From NCBI RefSeq assembly GCF_009914755.1, contig NC_060947.1: a stretch of DNA of 64,000 nucleotides. One strand, given 5' to 3'. The notes below the pieces were generated by a model that had not been told where the DNA came from, did no database searches, and worked only from the letters and a program-made list of their open reading frames with translations. Source of the DNA: the human T2T-CHM13v2.0 reference genome, Homo sapiens. Positions 1 to 17,179 of this stretch are shown here, one piece after another. Each line of letters starts with the position of its first letter. The stretch's first letter is position 1. The position numbers and the translations under genes are program-made.

Positions 1-324
1 ATCATGTCTTTTGCAGGAGCATGGATGGAGCCACAGGCTATTATCCTCAGCAAACTAACACAGGAACAGAAAACCAAATACCACACATTATCTCTTATAA
101 GTGGGAGCTAAATGAAGAGAACTCATGAATACAATGAAGGGAACAACACACTGGGATCTACTTGAGGGTGGAGGGTGTGAGGAGGAAGTGGAGCAGAAAA
201 GATAACTATTGGTTACTGGGCTTAATTCCTTAGTGATGAAATAATCTGTACAACAGACCCCCATGACACAAGGTTACCTATATAACAAATATTCACATAT
301 ACCCCTGAACCAAAAATAAAAGTT
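1..324 (+). mobile_element. L1 3' end (L1PA13-16-like), continues from upstream of the window
   Basis: Typical L1 3'UTR (GAGCAGAAAAGATAACTATTGG ... GTGATGAAATAATCTGTACAAC ... AAAATAAAAGTT). Confidence 0.85.
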
Positions 325-334
325 GTTTTTTAGA

Positions 335-2905
335 AAGGGGGAAAAAACCTCTATGAAATTGGTCTGGGCAATGATTTTTTGGATGTGACTCTGAAAGCAC
401 AGGCAACAAAAGTAAAAAGAGACAAATGGGATTACATCAAACTAAAAAGCTTCTGCACAGAAGAAAACAATGAACAGGATAAGGAGACAATGTACTGAAT
501 GAGAGAATATATTTGCAAACTACACATTTGATATAGGGCTAATAACATTTGAAATACATAAGGAACTCAAAAGTAATAAAGCAATCTGATTAAAAATGGG
601 AAAAGAACCTGAATAGACATTTCTTAAAATAAGACAAATGCTCAACAGGTATATCAGCAAATTCTTAACATGGCTAATCATCAGGAAAAAACAAATCAAA
701 ACCATAATGAAAATTTCTTGCCTATTAAAATGACTATTTTAAAAAAGCTGAAAGATAACACATATTGGTGAGAACATGGGGAAAAAGGAATCATGGTGCA
801 TTGTTGGTAGAAATGTAAATTAGTACAGCCATTATAGAAAAGAGAATGAAAGTTCCTCAAAAAATTAGTAATAGAACTACTATATGATCCAGCAACCCTA
901 TTACTGTGTATATATCAAAAAGAAATCAGAATTGCAAAAGGATAACTGCACTCCCATGATAAATGCAGCATTATTCACAGTAGCCAAGATATGGAATCAA
1001 CCTAAGTATTTATCAACAGATAAATGTACATGGTTCTGGGTGGGGATCTAGGAGTACAGCAGCCATGATCAACCATCTTTTGCTCAACAACAGTGCCAAG
1101 ATGTCCATCCTGGGGCCAGGTACCTGGAAGTCTCCTCCAGACCTGGTGACCGAGTCTGTAAATGTGGTGATTAACATTGGGTACTGCCACATAGATTGTG
1201 CCCACGTGTACCAGAATGAGAATGAGTCAGGGGTGGCCATTTAGGAGAAGCTCAGGGAGCAGGCAGTAAAGTGCAAGTAGCTCTTCATCATCAGCAATCT
1301 GTGGTGCACATGTCTTAAGAAGGGTCTGCTGAAAAAAACCTGCCAGAAGATGCTCAGTTACTTGAATCTGGACTACCTAGACATCTACCTTATTCACTGG
1401 ACAACTGGCTTTAAGCCAGGGAAGAAATTTTTCCCACTGGATGATTCAGCCATTGTATATCCCAATGACACCAGCATTGTGGACACATGAGCAGCCATGA
1501 AAGAGCTGGTGGATGAAGGGTTGGTGAAAGCTATTGGCATCTCCAAGTTCAACTATTCTCATGTCAGGAGGATCTTAAACAAACGTGGCTTAAAGTATCA
1601 GCCAATGGTTAAAGAGATTGAGTTCTGCACATACCTAACTCAAAAGAAGTTAATCCAGTACTGCCAGTCCAAAGGCATCATGGTGACTGCCTATAGCCCC
1701 CTTGACTGTCTGGACAGGCCCTGGGCAAAGCTCAAGGATTCTTCTGTCCTGGAGGATGCCAGAAGCAAGGTGATCACAGTCAAACATAATAAAACTACAG
1801 CTCAGGTTCTGATTTGATTTCCCATTCAGAGAAACTTGGTGGTGAATCCCAAGTCTGTGACACAAAAATGCATTGCAGAGAACTTTAAGGCCTTTTACTT
1901 TGAACTAAGCAGCAAGGATATGACCACCTTACCTAGCTACAACAGAAACTGTGCCTTGGTAAGCTGTACCTCGCACAAGGATTACCCCTTCTAGGAAGAA
2001 TTTTGAAGCTGTGGATGCCTGCTCATCTCCAAGTGAACTACATCTGTTTTTCCTGCCTCATTTTATTCTTGCCAATATAATGTGGCCTGTGACACTCAGT
2101 GGTGAGACAGCCATCTATAGATTGACCAGCGAGGGCTTGCCTGGCTTGATGTTGTGTCTGAAGAGCAATACCCATAGAGTAGAAGTTTCTTCCAGTTTTC
2201 TTTGCCCCCATTTTTGCCCAGCTGGGGAAAGTACAATCTGAATACCCTTTTATGACTAAGGAGAAAAACAATCTACAAGGTCAAAATAGTGCAACTAACA
2301 GTTGAGATTTGACTGCTCGGAATTTTAATCCTTTCAGCAAGACTTCTTTTTGCCTCAAATAAGAAGTGTTTTTGTGAGCTTGGAAAAAAACCCAAACAGA
2401 TAAATGGATGAAAGAAAATGTGATAAATATATGTAATGGAATAGTATTCAGCCATAAAAACAGAAATCATGTCATTTGGGATGACATCAATGAATCTCAA
2501 GGACATTATGTTAAGTGCAATAAGCCAGGCACTGAGAGACTTTATGATCTTGCTGATATGTGGAATCTAAAAATGTCAAACTCATAGAATGAGAGAGTAA
2601 AATGGTGGTTACCGGAGACTGAGGTAGGGGGATTGAAGAGATGTCAGTTGAAAAATACAAAATTTCAGTTAGACGGGAGGAAGAAGTTAATGTGCAAGAT
2701 GTCAGTTGCACATCATGTTTACTATAGTCAATGACAACATATTATATACTTGAAAATTGCTAAGAGAATATATTTTAAATGTTCTAACAACAAAAAAATG
2801 AGGTAATGTGTATGTTAATTAGCTTGATTTAATTATTCTGCAATGTATATATTTTCTACCATAAATATACCTTAAATAGATACAAGAAAAGCAATTTAAA
2901 AAAGA
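335..2905 (+). mobile_element. Old L1MA (MA5-7-like) ORF2 end and 3'UTR, split by the AKR1B1 retrocopy
   Basis: Degenerate ORF2 C-terminal sequence 335-1026 resumes at 2395 (AACAGATAAATGGATGAAAGAAAATGTG); L1MA-type 3'UTR motif ACTTGAAAATTGCTAAGAGA at ~2748. Confidence 0.8.
1027..2394 (+). pseudogene. AKR1B1: Processed pseudogene of aldose reductase AKR1B1 (possibly AKR1B1P8); former CDS 1065-2006
   Basis: Frame from ATG 1065 translates to [25 protein letters not shown]...[13 protein letters not shown]...[11 protein letters not shown]...[16 protein letters not shown]...TAYSPL...[10 protein letters not shown]...SHKDYPF*EEF*, colinear with AKR1B1 and intronless; stops at 1242, 1278, 1488, 1815, 1992; short 5'UTR, 3'UTR with decayed signal AATAAG (2358), A-tract ~2384-2390; TSD AACAGATAAATG at 1015-1026 and 2395-2406. 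The P8 number is recollection, not sequence evidence. Confidence 0.96.
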
Positions 2906-3009
2906 GAATTAAAGAGATAGTTACTTAAAATTCTACATGTGTTCCTAAATTTTAAAAAGCAAGAAACCAAAGTCTTAACTAGGAATATAAATAAATTTAC
3001 ATAATATCT

Positions 3010-3237
3010 ACACAGGAACATACAGAGCGGAAAAATAGACATTGGAGACTACAAAAGGTAAAAATGTGGGTTGGGGATGAAGGTTGAAGAATTACCTATT
3101 TGGTACAATTTTCATTATTCAGGTGATGCATAGACTAAAAGGCCATACTTCACCATTACACAATATATACATGTAAAAAATCTGTACTTATAGCCCCTAA
3201 ATATATAAAAAATAAACAAAACAAAAAATACTAAAAA
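3010..3237 (+). mobile_element. Short L1PB (PB3/4-like) 3' end
   Basis: TAGACATTGGAGACTACAAAAGG ... GGTGATGCATAGACTAAAAGGCCATACTTCACCATTACACAATATAT followed by A-rich tail. Confidence 0.7.
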
Positions 3238-3329
3238 TAATTTCCATAATATGACAAAATATTCTCCGGTCAATACATAAGTTTATGTCTGATCATAAGA
3301 AATTAGAGATATTTTAATAAAATCTGTTT

Positions 3330-4100
<771 letters not shown>

Positions 4101-4689
4101 ATGGTATCTATAATATGTTGCTAGTGCTAGAATAAGCACCTATATAAATGGTAAAGAAAAGAAAACCCCTTCATTTACTTTAAACATTTAATATTTAATA
4201 TATGATTAAAATTTATTTGGCTTATTTTCACATTCCTGTTTGTTCTACTTATGGATAGTTGTAGATAAAGATGTAGATATAGTTACAGTGTTATCCTTTC
4301 AAATTCACTTTATTTCATTCATGTCTCTTTTACAAATTCCTTCATTGAGTTTACGGTTTTGATGTCATCTGTGTTTCGCAACAGATCAGCGGGTCTTGTT
4401 TTTAAAGTCCATTCAGCCACTCTATGTTTTTTGAATGGAGAGTGTAATTCATTTACATTTCATTTTATTTTTATTTATTTAATTTTCTTTATTTCATTAT
4501 TCTACTTTAAGTTTTAGGGTGCATGTGCACAATGTGCAGGTTAGTTACATATGTATACATGTGCCATGCTGGTGTGCCGCACCCATTAACTCGTCATTTA
4601 GCATTAGGTATATCTCCTAATGCTATCCCTCCCCCCTCCCCCCACCCCACAACAGACCCCAGAGTGTGATGTTCCCCTTCCTGTGTCTA

Positions 4690-8399
<3,710 letters not shown>

Positions 8400-8462
8400 T
8401 ATGATGTTCGCTGGTTATTTTGCTCGTTAGTTGATGCAGTTTCTTCCTAGCCTCGATGGTCT

Positions 8463-9476
8463 TTAGAATTTGGCATGATTTTGCAGTGGCTGGTACTGGT
8501 TGTTCCTTTCCATGTTTAGTGCTTCCTTCAGGAGCTCTTTTAGGGCAGGCCTGGTGGTGACAAAATCTCTCAGCATTTGCTTCTATGTAAAGTATTTTAT
8601 TTCTCCTTCACTTATGAAGCTTAGTTTGGCTGGATATGAAATTCTGGGTTGAAAATTCTTTTCTTTAAGACTGTTGAATATTGGCCCCCACTCTCTTCTG
8701 GCTTGTAGAGTTTCTGCAGAGAGATCCACTGCTAGTCTGATGGGCTTCCCTTTGTGGGTAACCTGACCTTTCTCTCTGGCTGCCCTTAACATTTTTTCCT
8801 TCATTTCAACTTTGGTGAATCTGACAATTATGTGTCTTGGAGTTGCTCTTCTTGAGGGGTATCTTTGTGGAGTTCTCTGTATTTCCTGAATTTGAATGTT
8901 GGCCTGCCTTGCTAGATTGGGGAAGTTCTCCTGGATAATATCCTGCAGAGTGTTTTCCAACTTGGTTCCATTTTCCCCGTCACTTTCAGATACACCAATC
9001 AGACGTAGATTTGGTCTTTTCACATAGTCCCATATTTCTTGGAGGCTTTGCTCGTTTCTTTTTATTCTTTTTTCTCTAAACTTCCCTTCTCGCTTCATTT
9101 CATTCATTTCATCTTCCATCACTGATACCCTTTCTTCCAGTTGATCGCATCGGCTCCTGAGGCTTCTGCATTCTTCACGTAGTTCTTGAGCCTTGGCTTT
9201 CAGCTCCATCAGCTCCTTTAAGCACTTCTCTGTATTGGTTATTCTAGTTATACATTCGTCTAAATTTTTTTCAAAGTTTTTAACTTCTTTGCCTTTGGTT
9301 TGAATTTCCTCCTGTAGCTCAGAGTAGTTTGATCATCTGAAGCCTTCTCTCAACTCGTCAAAGTCATTCTCCGTCAAGCTTTGTTCCATTGCTGGTGAGG
9401 AACTGCGTTCCTTTGGAGGAGGAGAGGAGCTCTGCTTTTTAGAGTTTCCAGTTTTTCTGCTCTGTTTTTTCCCCAT
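8463..9476 (-). pseudogene. Disrupted L1 ORF1 (RNA-binding chaperone)
   Basis: MGKKQSRKTGNSKKQS start at 9476; premature stops at 9333 and 8583; ORF 8583-9209 covers coiled coil/RRM/CTD (ARREW, YPAKLS). Confidence 0.93.
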
Positions 9477-10511
9477 CTTTGTGGTTTTATCTACTTTTGG
9501 TCTTTGATGATGGTGATGTACAGATGGGTTTTTGGTGTGGATATCCATTCTGTTTGTTAGTTTTCCTTCCAACAGACAGGACCCTTAGCTGCAGGTCTGT
9601 TGGAGTTTGCTAGAGGTCCACTCCAGACCCTGTTTGCTTGGGTATCAGCAGCGGTGGCTGCAGAACAGCAGATTTTCGTGAACGGTGAATGCTGCTGTCT
9701 GATCGTTCCTCTGGAAGTTTTGTCTCAGAGGAGTACCCGGCTGTGTGAGGTGTCAGTCTGCCCCTACTGGGGGGTGCCTCCCAGTTAGGCTGCTCGGGGG
9801 TCAGGTGTCAGGGACTCACTTGAGGAGGCAATCTGCCCATTCTCAGATCTCCAGCTGCATGCTGGGATAACCACTGCTCTCCTGAAAGCTGTCAGACAGG
9901 GACATTTAAGTCTGCAGAGGTTACTGTTGTCTTTTTGTTTTTCTGTGCCCTGCCCCCAGAGGTGGAGCCTACAGAGGCAGGCAGGCCTCCTTGAGCTGTG
10001 GTGGGGTCCACCCAGTTCGAACTTCCCAGCTGCTTTGTTTACCTAAGCAAGCCTGGGCAATTGTGTGCACCCCTCCCCCAGCCTCACTGCCGCCTTGCAG
10101 TTTGATCTCAGACTGCTGTGCTGGCAATCAGCGAGACTCCATGGGCATAGGACCCTCTGAGCCATGTGCGGGATATAATCTCCTGCTTCACCGTTTTTTA
10201 AGCCCTTTGGAAAAGTGCAGTATTAGTATGGGAGTGACCCGATTTTCCAGGTGCCATCTGTCACCCCTTCTTGGACTAGGAAGGGGAACTCCATGACCCC
10301 TTTGCCTCCCGAGTGAGGCAATGCCTTGCCCTGCTTCAGCTCGCGCAAGGTGCGCTGCACCCACTGTCCTGGGCCCACTGTCTGGCACTCCCTAGTGAGA
10401 TGGACCCGGTACCTCAGATGGAAATGCAGAAATCACCCATCTTCTGCGTTGCTCACGCTAGGAGCTGTAGACTGGAGCTGTTCCTATTTGGCCATCTTGG
10501 CTGCCTGACCT

Positions 10512-10888
10512 CATATTGAATTTTATTATTGATAATTTGTTAATTGTTTTATGGCTGTTTTGCAGTTTTTCTTCCTTCTTTTCTTTCTTTTCTTTTGTTT
10601 CTTCCTTCTTTTCTTTCTTCTTGTCTTCACTTTTGTGAAGGTTATTTTCTCTGGTGGTATGCTTTAATTTCTTGCTTTTTATTTTTTGTGTATTCATTGT
10701 GAATTTTTTGATTAGAGGTTACCATGAGGCTTGCAAATACTGTTATAACCCATTATTTTAAACTGATGACAACTTAACATTTATTGCATAAACAAACACA
10801 GAAAGAAAAGTAGTAAAATTTCAATCCTTTAAGTGTGTTTCTCCACTTTTTAACCTTTGGTTGTTTCTGTTTATGTCTTATTGTACTT
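10512..10888 (-). mobile_element. Old L1MA ORF1-end/inter-ORF fragment (host of the L1PA3; left part ~4340-4461)
   Basis: CATTCAGCCACTCTATG...CATTTACATT left of the L1PA3 continues as TTATTATTGATAA...GAGGTTACCATGAGGCTTGCAAATA right of it. Confidence 0.7.
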
Positions 10889-13885
10889 TCCCCATTTTTA
10901 ATGTGATTATTTGTTTTTTTGCTTGTTGGTTTGTTTAAGTTCCTTTATAGGTTCTGGATATTAGCCCTTTATCAGATGTGTAGTTTGTGAATATTTTCTC
11001 CCATTCTGTAGATTGTCTATTTACTCTGATGATAGTTTCTTTTGCTGTGCAGAAGCTCTTTAGTTTAATTAGATCCCATGTGTCAATTTTTCTTTTGTTG
11101 CAACTTCTTTTGGCATCTTTATTATGAAATATTTGCCAGAGCCTATGTCCAGTATGGTATTACCTACATTGTCATTCAGGGTTTTTATAGTTTTGGGCTT
11201 TACATTTAAGTATTTAATCCATCTTGTGTTGATTTTTTATGTTGTAAAAAAGAGGTTTACTTTCTATCTTCTGCACATGTCCAGGCAGTTATTCCAACAC
11301 CATTTATTGATAGGAAGTCCTTTCCCCATTGCTTATTTTTTTCAATTTGTTGAAGATCAGATGATTGCAGTTGTGTAGCCTAAGGGCTGGCCTCTCTATT
11401 CTGTTCCATTTGTCTATGTGTCTGTTTTTGTACTTGCACCATGTTTTTTTGGTTACAATAGCTCTGTCGTATAGTTGTATATCAGGTAGCATAATTTCTC
11501 CTTCTTTGTTCTTTTTACTTAGGATTGCCTTAATTATTCAGGCTCTTTTGTGGTTTTATATAAATTTTAACATAACTTTTTTCTAGTTCTCTGAAATATA
11601 TCATTGGTAGCTTGACAGGAATAGCATTGAATCTGTAAATTGCTTTGGGCAGTATGACCATTTTAACAATATTGAGCGTTCCAACTCATGAGCAGAGAGT
11701 TTTTTTCCATTTATTTTTGTCATTGCTAATTTCTTTGAGCAGTGTTTTAAAATTCTCATTGTGTGTTTTTTTTTTTTTTTTTTTACCTTTCTGCTTTGCT
11801 GTATTTCTCAGTAATTTATTTTATTTCTGGCTACCATGAATGGGATTACATTTCTGATTTTGCTCTCAGTTTGGCTGTTGCTGATGTATAGGAATACTAC
11901 TTTTTGCTGTACATTGATTTTGAATCCTGAAACTTTGCTGAAGTTGTTTATCAGCTTAAAGATTTTTGGGGCTGAGACTATGGGGTTTTCTAATACAGAA
12001 TACTGTCATCTGCAAACAGGGATAGTTTGACTTCTTCTCTTTCTATTTCAATGCACTTTATTGCTTTCTCTTGCTTTGTTGCTCTGGCCCAGACTTCCAA
12101 TACTTTGTTGAATAGATGTGGTGAGAGATAGCATCTTTGTCTTTTGCCAGTTTTCAAAAGGAATGCTTCCAGCTTTTGCTCCTTCAGTATGATGGTGGCT
12201 GTTATTATTTTGAGATATCTTCCTTTAATGCCTGGTTTTTGGGAGTTTTTTAACCATGAAGGGATGCTGAATTTTATTGAAAGTCATTTTTGCATCTATT
12301 CAAATAATCATGTTTTTTGACTTTAGTTCTGTTCATGTGATAAATTACATTTATTGATTTGCATATGTTGAACCAACCTTGCATCTCAGGGATAAAGCCT
12401 ATTTGATCATGGTGGATAAGCTTTCTGATGTGCTTCTGGATTTGGTTTGCTAACATTTTGTTGAGGATTTTTTGCATCAATGTTTATCAAGGATGTTGAC
12501 CTGAGATTTTTTTGTTGTTATTTCTCTGCCAGGTTTCAGAATCAGGATGATGGTGGCCTTATAAAGTGAGTTGATGAAGAGTCCCTCATCCTCAATTTTT
12601 TCCAATAATTTCAGTAGAAATGGTACCAGCTCATCTTTGTACATCTGGTAGAATTTGGCTCTGAATTCATCTGTTCCAGGGCTGTTTTTGTTTTATAGGC
12701 TATTTTTTACTTATTCAATTCCAGAGATTATTATTGGTCTGTTCAGGGATTTAATTTTTTCCTAGATCAGTCTTGGGAGCATGTATATGTTTAGAAATTT
12801 ATTCTTTTTTTTCTAGATTTTCTAGCTTGTTTTCATAATATTCTGATAGTTATTTGTATTTCCATTGAGTCAATGGCAATATCCTCTTTGTGATTTCTGA
12901 TTGCATTTATTTGGTTTTTCTCTCTTTTATTCTTTATTAGTCTAGCTAGTGGTTTATCTATCTTATTAATATCTTCAAAAAACCACCTTCTTGATTCATT
13001 GATCTTTTAAACGTTTATTTTGCATCTCGATTTCCTTCATTTTCCATCTCAATTTCCTTCATTTTCCACTCTGATTTTTATTATTTCTTGTCTTCTGTTA
13101 GCTTTGAGGTTAGTTTGCTCTTGCTTTTCTAGTTCTTTCAGTTGTGATGTTTGTTTGTTAATTTGAAATTTTTCTAACATTTTGTTGTTGATGTTTAGTA
13201 CTATAAACTTCCCTCTTAATTCTGTTTTAGATGTGTTCCAGTGATACTGGTATGTTGTATTTTTGTTCTCATTAGTTTCAAAGAACTTTTTGATTTCTTC
13301 CTTAGTTTCATTACTTGCTCAAAAGGCATTCAGAAGCAGGTTGCTTAATTTCCATGGTTTTGGGCAATTTTGTTAGTATTGAGTTCTGTTTTTTTTTTTG
13401 TGCTGTGGTGTGAGATTCTTTGGTATGATTTCTGTTCTTCTGCATTTGCTGAGAATTACTTCATGTTCTATTGTGTGTTTGATTTTAGCATGTGTGCCAT
13501 GTAGCAATGAGAGGAATGTATATTTTGTTGTTTTGGGGTGGAGAGTTCTGTAGATGTCTATCAGATCCATTTATTCCAGTATTTTGTACAGGTTCTGCAT
13601 ATTTTTGTTTATTTTCTGCCACAATGATCTGTCTAATACTGTCACTGGAGTGTTGAAGTCTCCCACTTTTATTGTGTTGGAGTCTAAGTCTCTTTGTAGA
13701 TCCCTAAGAACTTGGTTAATAAATCTGGGTGCTTCTGTGTTGGGTGCATAAATATTTAGGATAATTAAGTCTTCTTTTTGAATGGAATACTTTACCATCA
13801 TATAATGCCCTTCTTTGCCTTTTTTGATCTTTATTGATTTGAAATCTGTATTTTCTAAAATTACTATTGCAACCCATGTTGTTGT

Positions 13886-13910
13886 TGTGTGTGTGTGTGT
13901 GTGTGTGTGT
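13886..13910. repeat. (TG)n microsatellite
   Basis: GTGTGTGT run visible directly. Confidence 0.9.
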
Positions 13911-14808
13911 TGTAAATTTTTCTCCATCCCTGTATTTTGAGCCTATGTGTGTCATTGCATGTAAGATGGATCTCTTGAAGACAGCATACCATTGGGTCTG
14001 CTTTCTATCCAGATTGCCAGTCTGTGCCTTTAAATTGGGGGCATTTGGCTCATTTAAACTCAAGGTTAGTATTTATTTGTAAATTCAATTCCGTAATCAT
14101 GTTGTTAGTTGTTTATTATTCTTACTTGTTTGTGTGTTTGCTTTATGGTGTCACAGGTCTGTGTACTTAAGTGTGTTTTTGCAGTGGCTGGTAACAGTCA
14201 CTCTTTTCCATATTTAGTGCTTTTTTCAGGAGTTCTGGTAAGAGAAGTCTGGTGGTAATGAATCCTCTCAGCATTTGCTTTTCTGAAAAAGAATGTCATT
14301 TCTCCTTTGCTTTTGAAGCTTAGTTTTGCCAAATCGAAAACTCTTGGTTGGAATTTCTTTTCTTTCAGAATGTTGAATATAGGCTCCCAATCTCTTTTGC
14401 CATGTAGGGTTTCTACTGAGAGGTATGCTGTTAGTCAGATGGGCTTCCCTTTGTAGGTGACTTGAATTTTTTAGTGGCCCTTAACATTTTAAAATTTCAT
14501 TTCAATCTTGGAGAATCAGATGATTATTGGTTTTGGAGATGATCTTCCTGCGAAGTATGTTGTGTGGGTTCTCTGCATTTCCTGAATTTGAATGTTGGCC
14601 TCTAGAGCTATGTTGAAGAAGTTCTCATGGATGACATTCTGAAATATGTTTTCCAAGTTGCTTTCATTCTCTCCATCTCTTTCAGGGGTGCCAATGTGTT
14701 GTAGATTCAATTCCTTTACAGAGTCCCATATTTCTCAGAGGTTCTGTTCATTTCTTTTCATTCTTTATTTAAAATTATTGTCTTAATGTCTTATTTCAGA
14801 AAAACAGT

Positions 14809-15179
14809 TGATAGGATTTGGCTCTGTGTCCCCACCCAAATCTCATCTCAAATTGTAATCCCCATGTGTCAGACGAAGGGCCTTGTGGCAGGTGATTGGA
14901 TCATGGTGGCAGATTTTCCCCTTGCTGTTCTTATGATAGTCAGTGAGTTCTCATGAGATCTGATGGTTTTAAAGTGTGGCACTTCCCTTCTTTTCTCCAT
15001 CTTTCTCCTGCTCCACCATAGGAAGATGTGCCTTGCTTCCCCTTTGCCTTCCACCATGATTGTAAGTTTCCTGAGGCCTCCCCAGCCATGTGGAACTGTG
15101 AGTCAATTCAACCTGTTTTCTTCATAAATTACCCAGTCTCACATGGTTCTTCTTAGCAGTGTGAAAATGGACTAATACC
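14809..15179 (+). mobile_element. Solo LTR THE1D-like (ERVL-MaLR)
   Basis: TGATAGGATTTGGCTCTGTGTCCCCACCCAAATCTCATCTC ... GTAAGTTTCCTGAGGCCTCCCCAGCCATG ... GGACTAATACC; 5-bp TSD ACAGT/TCAGT. Confidence 0.9.
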
Positions 15180-17179
15180 TCAGTCTTCACGTTTTGAGAT
15201 TCTTTTTTTCAGCTTGGTCTATTCTGCTGTTAATACTTGTGATTGAATTATGTTTTTCAGCTCTATCAGGTTGGTTATGGACTTTTCTTCACTGGCTATT
15301 TTGTCTGTCACCTGCTGTACCATTTTATTGTGATTCTTAGCTTGCTTAGAGTAGGTTTCAACATCATCCTGAATTTAAATGATTTTTGTTCTCATCCATA
15401 TTCTGAATTATATTTATGTCATTTCAGTCATCTCAGCCCAGTTAAGAACCATTGCTGGAGATCTAGTGTGGTCATTTGGAGGAAATAAGGCACTCTGGCT
15501 TTTTGAGTGATCAAAGATCTTGATCTGGTTCTTTCTTCATCTTTGTTGGTTAATGTTCCTTCAATCTTCGAAGTTGCTATTCTGTGGATTAGTTTTTTAT
15601 TTTATTCTATTTGATAACCTTGGGAGTCTGATTGTAGTATAAAGTATGTTAAGTCTACTGGCTTTTTTACTGGAAGATTTTAGGGGGCCAAGACTCATCT
15701 CAGAATTCCTGGACTATGTACTCCAAATTTGGAGGACTGGTATCAAGCCCTAGCTTTGATCTCTGGCTCTTGAGATTAGGAAGCAGCTGTGAAAAGGCTG
15801 AGCTGGTCCCACACCATTAGTCACACACTCTGATGGGTGTTGCCAGCCAAAGCACTTCATAGTTCAGGGACAGTGAGATGTGTTCTCAGCCACATATTCC
15901 AGCTGCAGTGGCAGCAGCAGCATGGCTGGTTGCATGCTTGTTGGCTATGGCAGGATTCTAATGGGTGCTGGAGTGCCAGGCTCTGTGTAGCAGCAGCATC
16001 AGTAGTATGGCTCAAGGTTGCAGGGAGCCCCCAGTGGCAACTGTCCACGTGTTCATGCCAGTGGTGGGGTGCTGGTGGGCATAGGACTCTGTGTAAAGTT
16101 TGTGCACATTCATACTGGTGACACTGGTTGCTCAGAGATGGGAGCAGATATGCTTTGTTCTGTGCTCAGTTTCACACCAGCTGCTCTAGCACAGGTGTGA
16201 AGCAGCTGGTGGGGCTGCTGGGCTTCTTGCTCAGAGATGCTTCAATACAAATTATGGTGTGGCAGAAGGGATGGGGATGAGGTGCACTAATGCTGGCAGT
16301 GGTTGCATGGCAGGTTGCATGCACACACATGTGCTGGTGGGGAAGGGAAGGCTATGTCTGCCCACACACACATGCACTGGCATAGTAATGTTGGGGTTGT
16401 TCATGGGCAAGTGCCTGCAGGCAAAGTGGCATGGGGGAGACTGCAGTGGGAAAGGTGTGGGCAGGCTGATGTGTGTCCACAGGGGCCACTCTGCTGGAGC
16501 ACTCTGCTGGTCAGGAGTGGTCCACCAGCACAGGAGTTATAATGCAGTTCCCAGGAGGTACCTGGGGGCTGCACTGTAAGTGGGTGCAGCCAGACTTGGG
16601 CCCCAGTAGAGGCCAGCAGGCCAAGAGGTGCTCAGGTTGGACCAGCCCCATCTTATGGGCAAGACTACCCTAAAGATTTCAAGTCTGACAGTTCTTCTAG
16701 GGCTAAAGTCTCCTCTGAGAACACGTTGAGCCTAGGAGGAAGGGCATCCCTGGCTGTGCTCCACTACAGATGCTTCCATACTGAACCCTCTGGGCTCTGT
16801 ATAGGCTGGAGTTCTGCTCCTACTATTTATCTAGGCAGCTTCACTGCTAACTGAGGTGTTCATGGTGGTTGAGGGGTCTCCACCTGCTGAGATTCCAGAG
16901 GCCGTTGGTGAGAGTGGGTTGCTACTTGGCTGGTCAACTCATTGCCTAACCCCTGCAGGTGTCTAGGGAGGCCAGGAACAAGTCCTAGTGCATGGTAGTC
17001 CCATGCAGGCTTCCCAGATTTCTCCTTCAGCACAGCCTCCGTGTCTTCCTTCTGTCTGCACTCAATGCCTTCCCTCTGAATATGTGATAGAACTGCACCA
17101 GTTTTCCTGATGTCCTGGTCTCTCAGTGGGAGATCTTCCTCCTGGCTGTATCTAGCTGGCCCTATTGGGGCAGAAATCT

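Larger units (their letters stand above)
10889..17170 (-). mobile_element. Older L1 (L1PA13-15-like) with 5'UTR, ORF1, ORF2, lacking its 3' end; THE1D inserted in ORF1
   Basis: ORF2 pieces (13571-13927 IYAPN/GDFN; 12274-12480 [11 protein letters not shown]), ORF1 piece 14516-14710, GC-richer 5'UTR ~15600-17170 ending CTAGATACAGCCAGGAGGAAGATCTCCCAC (- strand). Confidence 0.85.

Noticed and set aside
1497-1817. 106-aa AKR-like ORF as a functional protein
   Set aside because: Interval between two stops of the pseudogene; lacks all catalytic residues
4627-4650. C-tract / G-quadruplex
   Set aside because: Known constitutive feature of L1PA 3'UTRs
10566-10628. Polypyrimidine tract with internal duplication (possible H-DNA)
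   Set aside because: Slippage expansion of the purine-rich L1MA inter-ORF region; no evidence of function
13023-13066. 22-bp tandem duplication (also 8-bp TGTTTACA twice at 23754)
   Set aside because: Routine slippage in dead L1 sequence
15600-17170. GC-richer stretch with several ORFs as a gene or CpG island
   Set aside because: CpG-depleted 5'UTR of the old L1; ORFs have no recognisable homology
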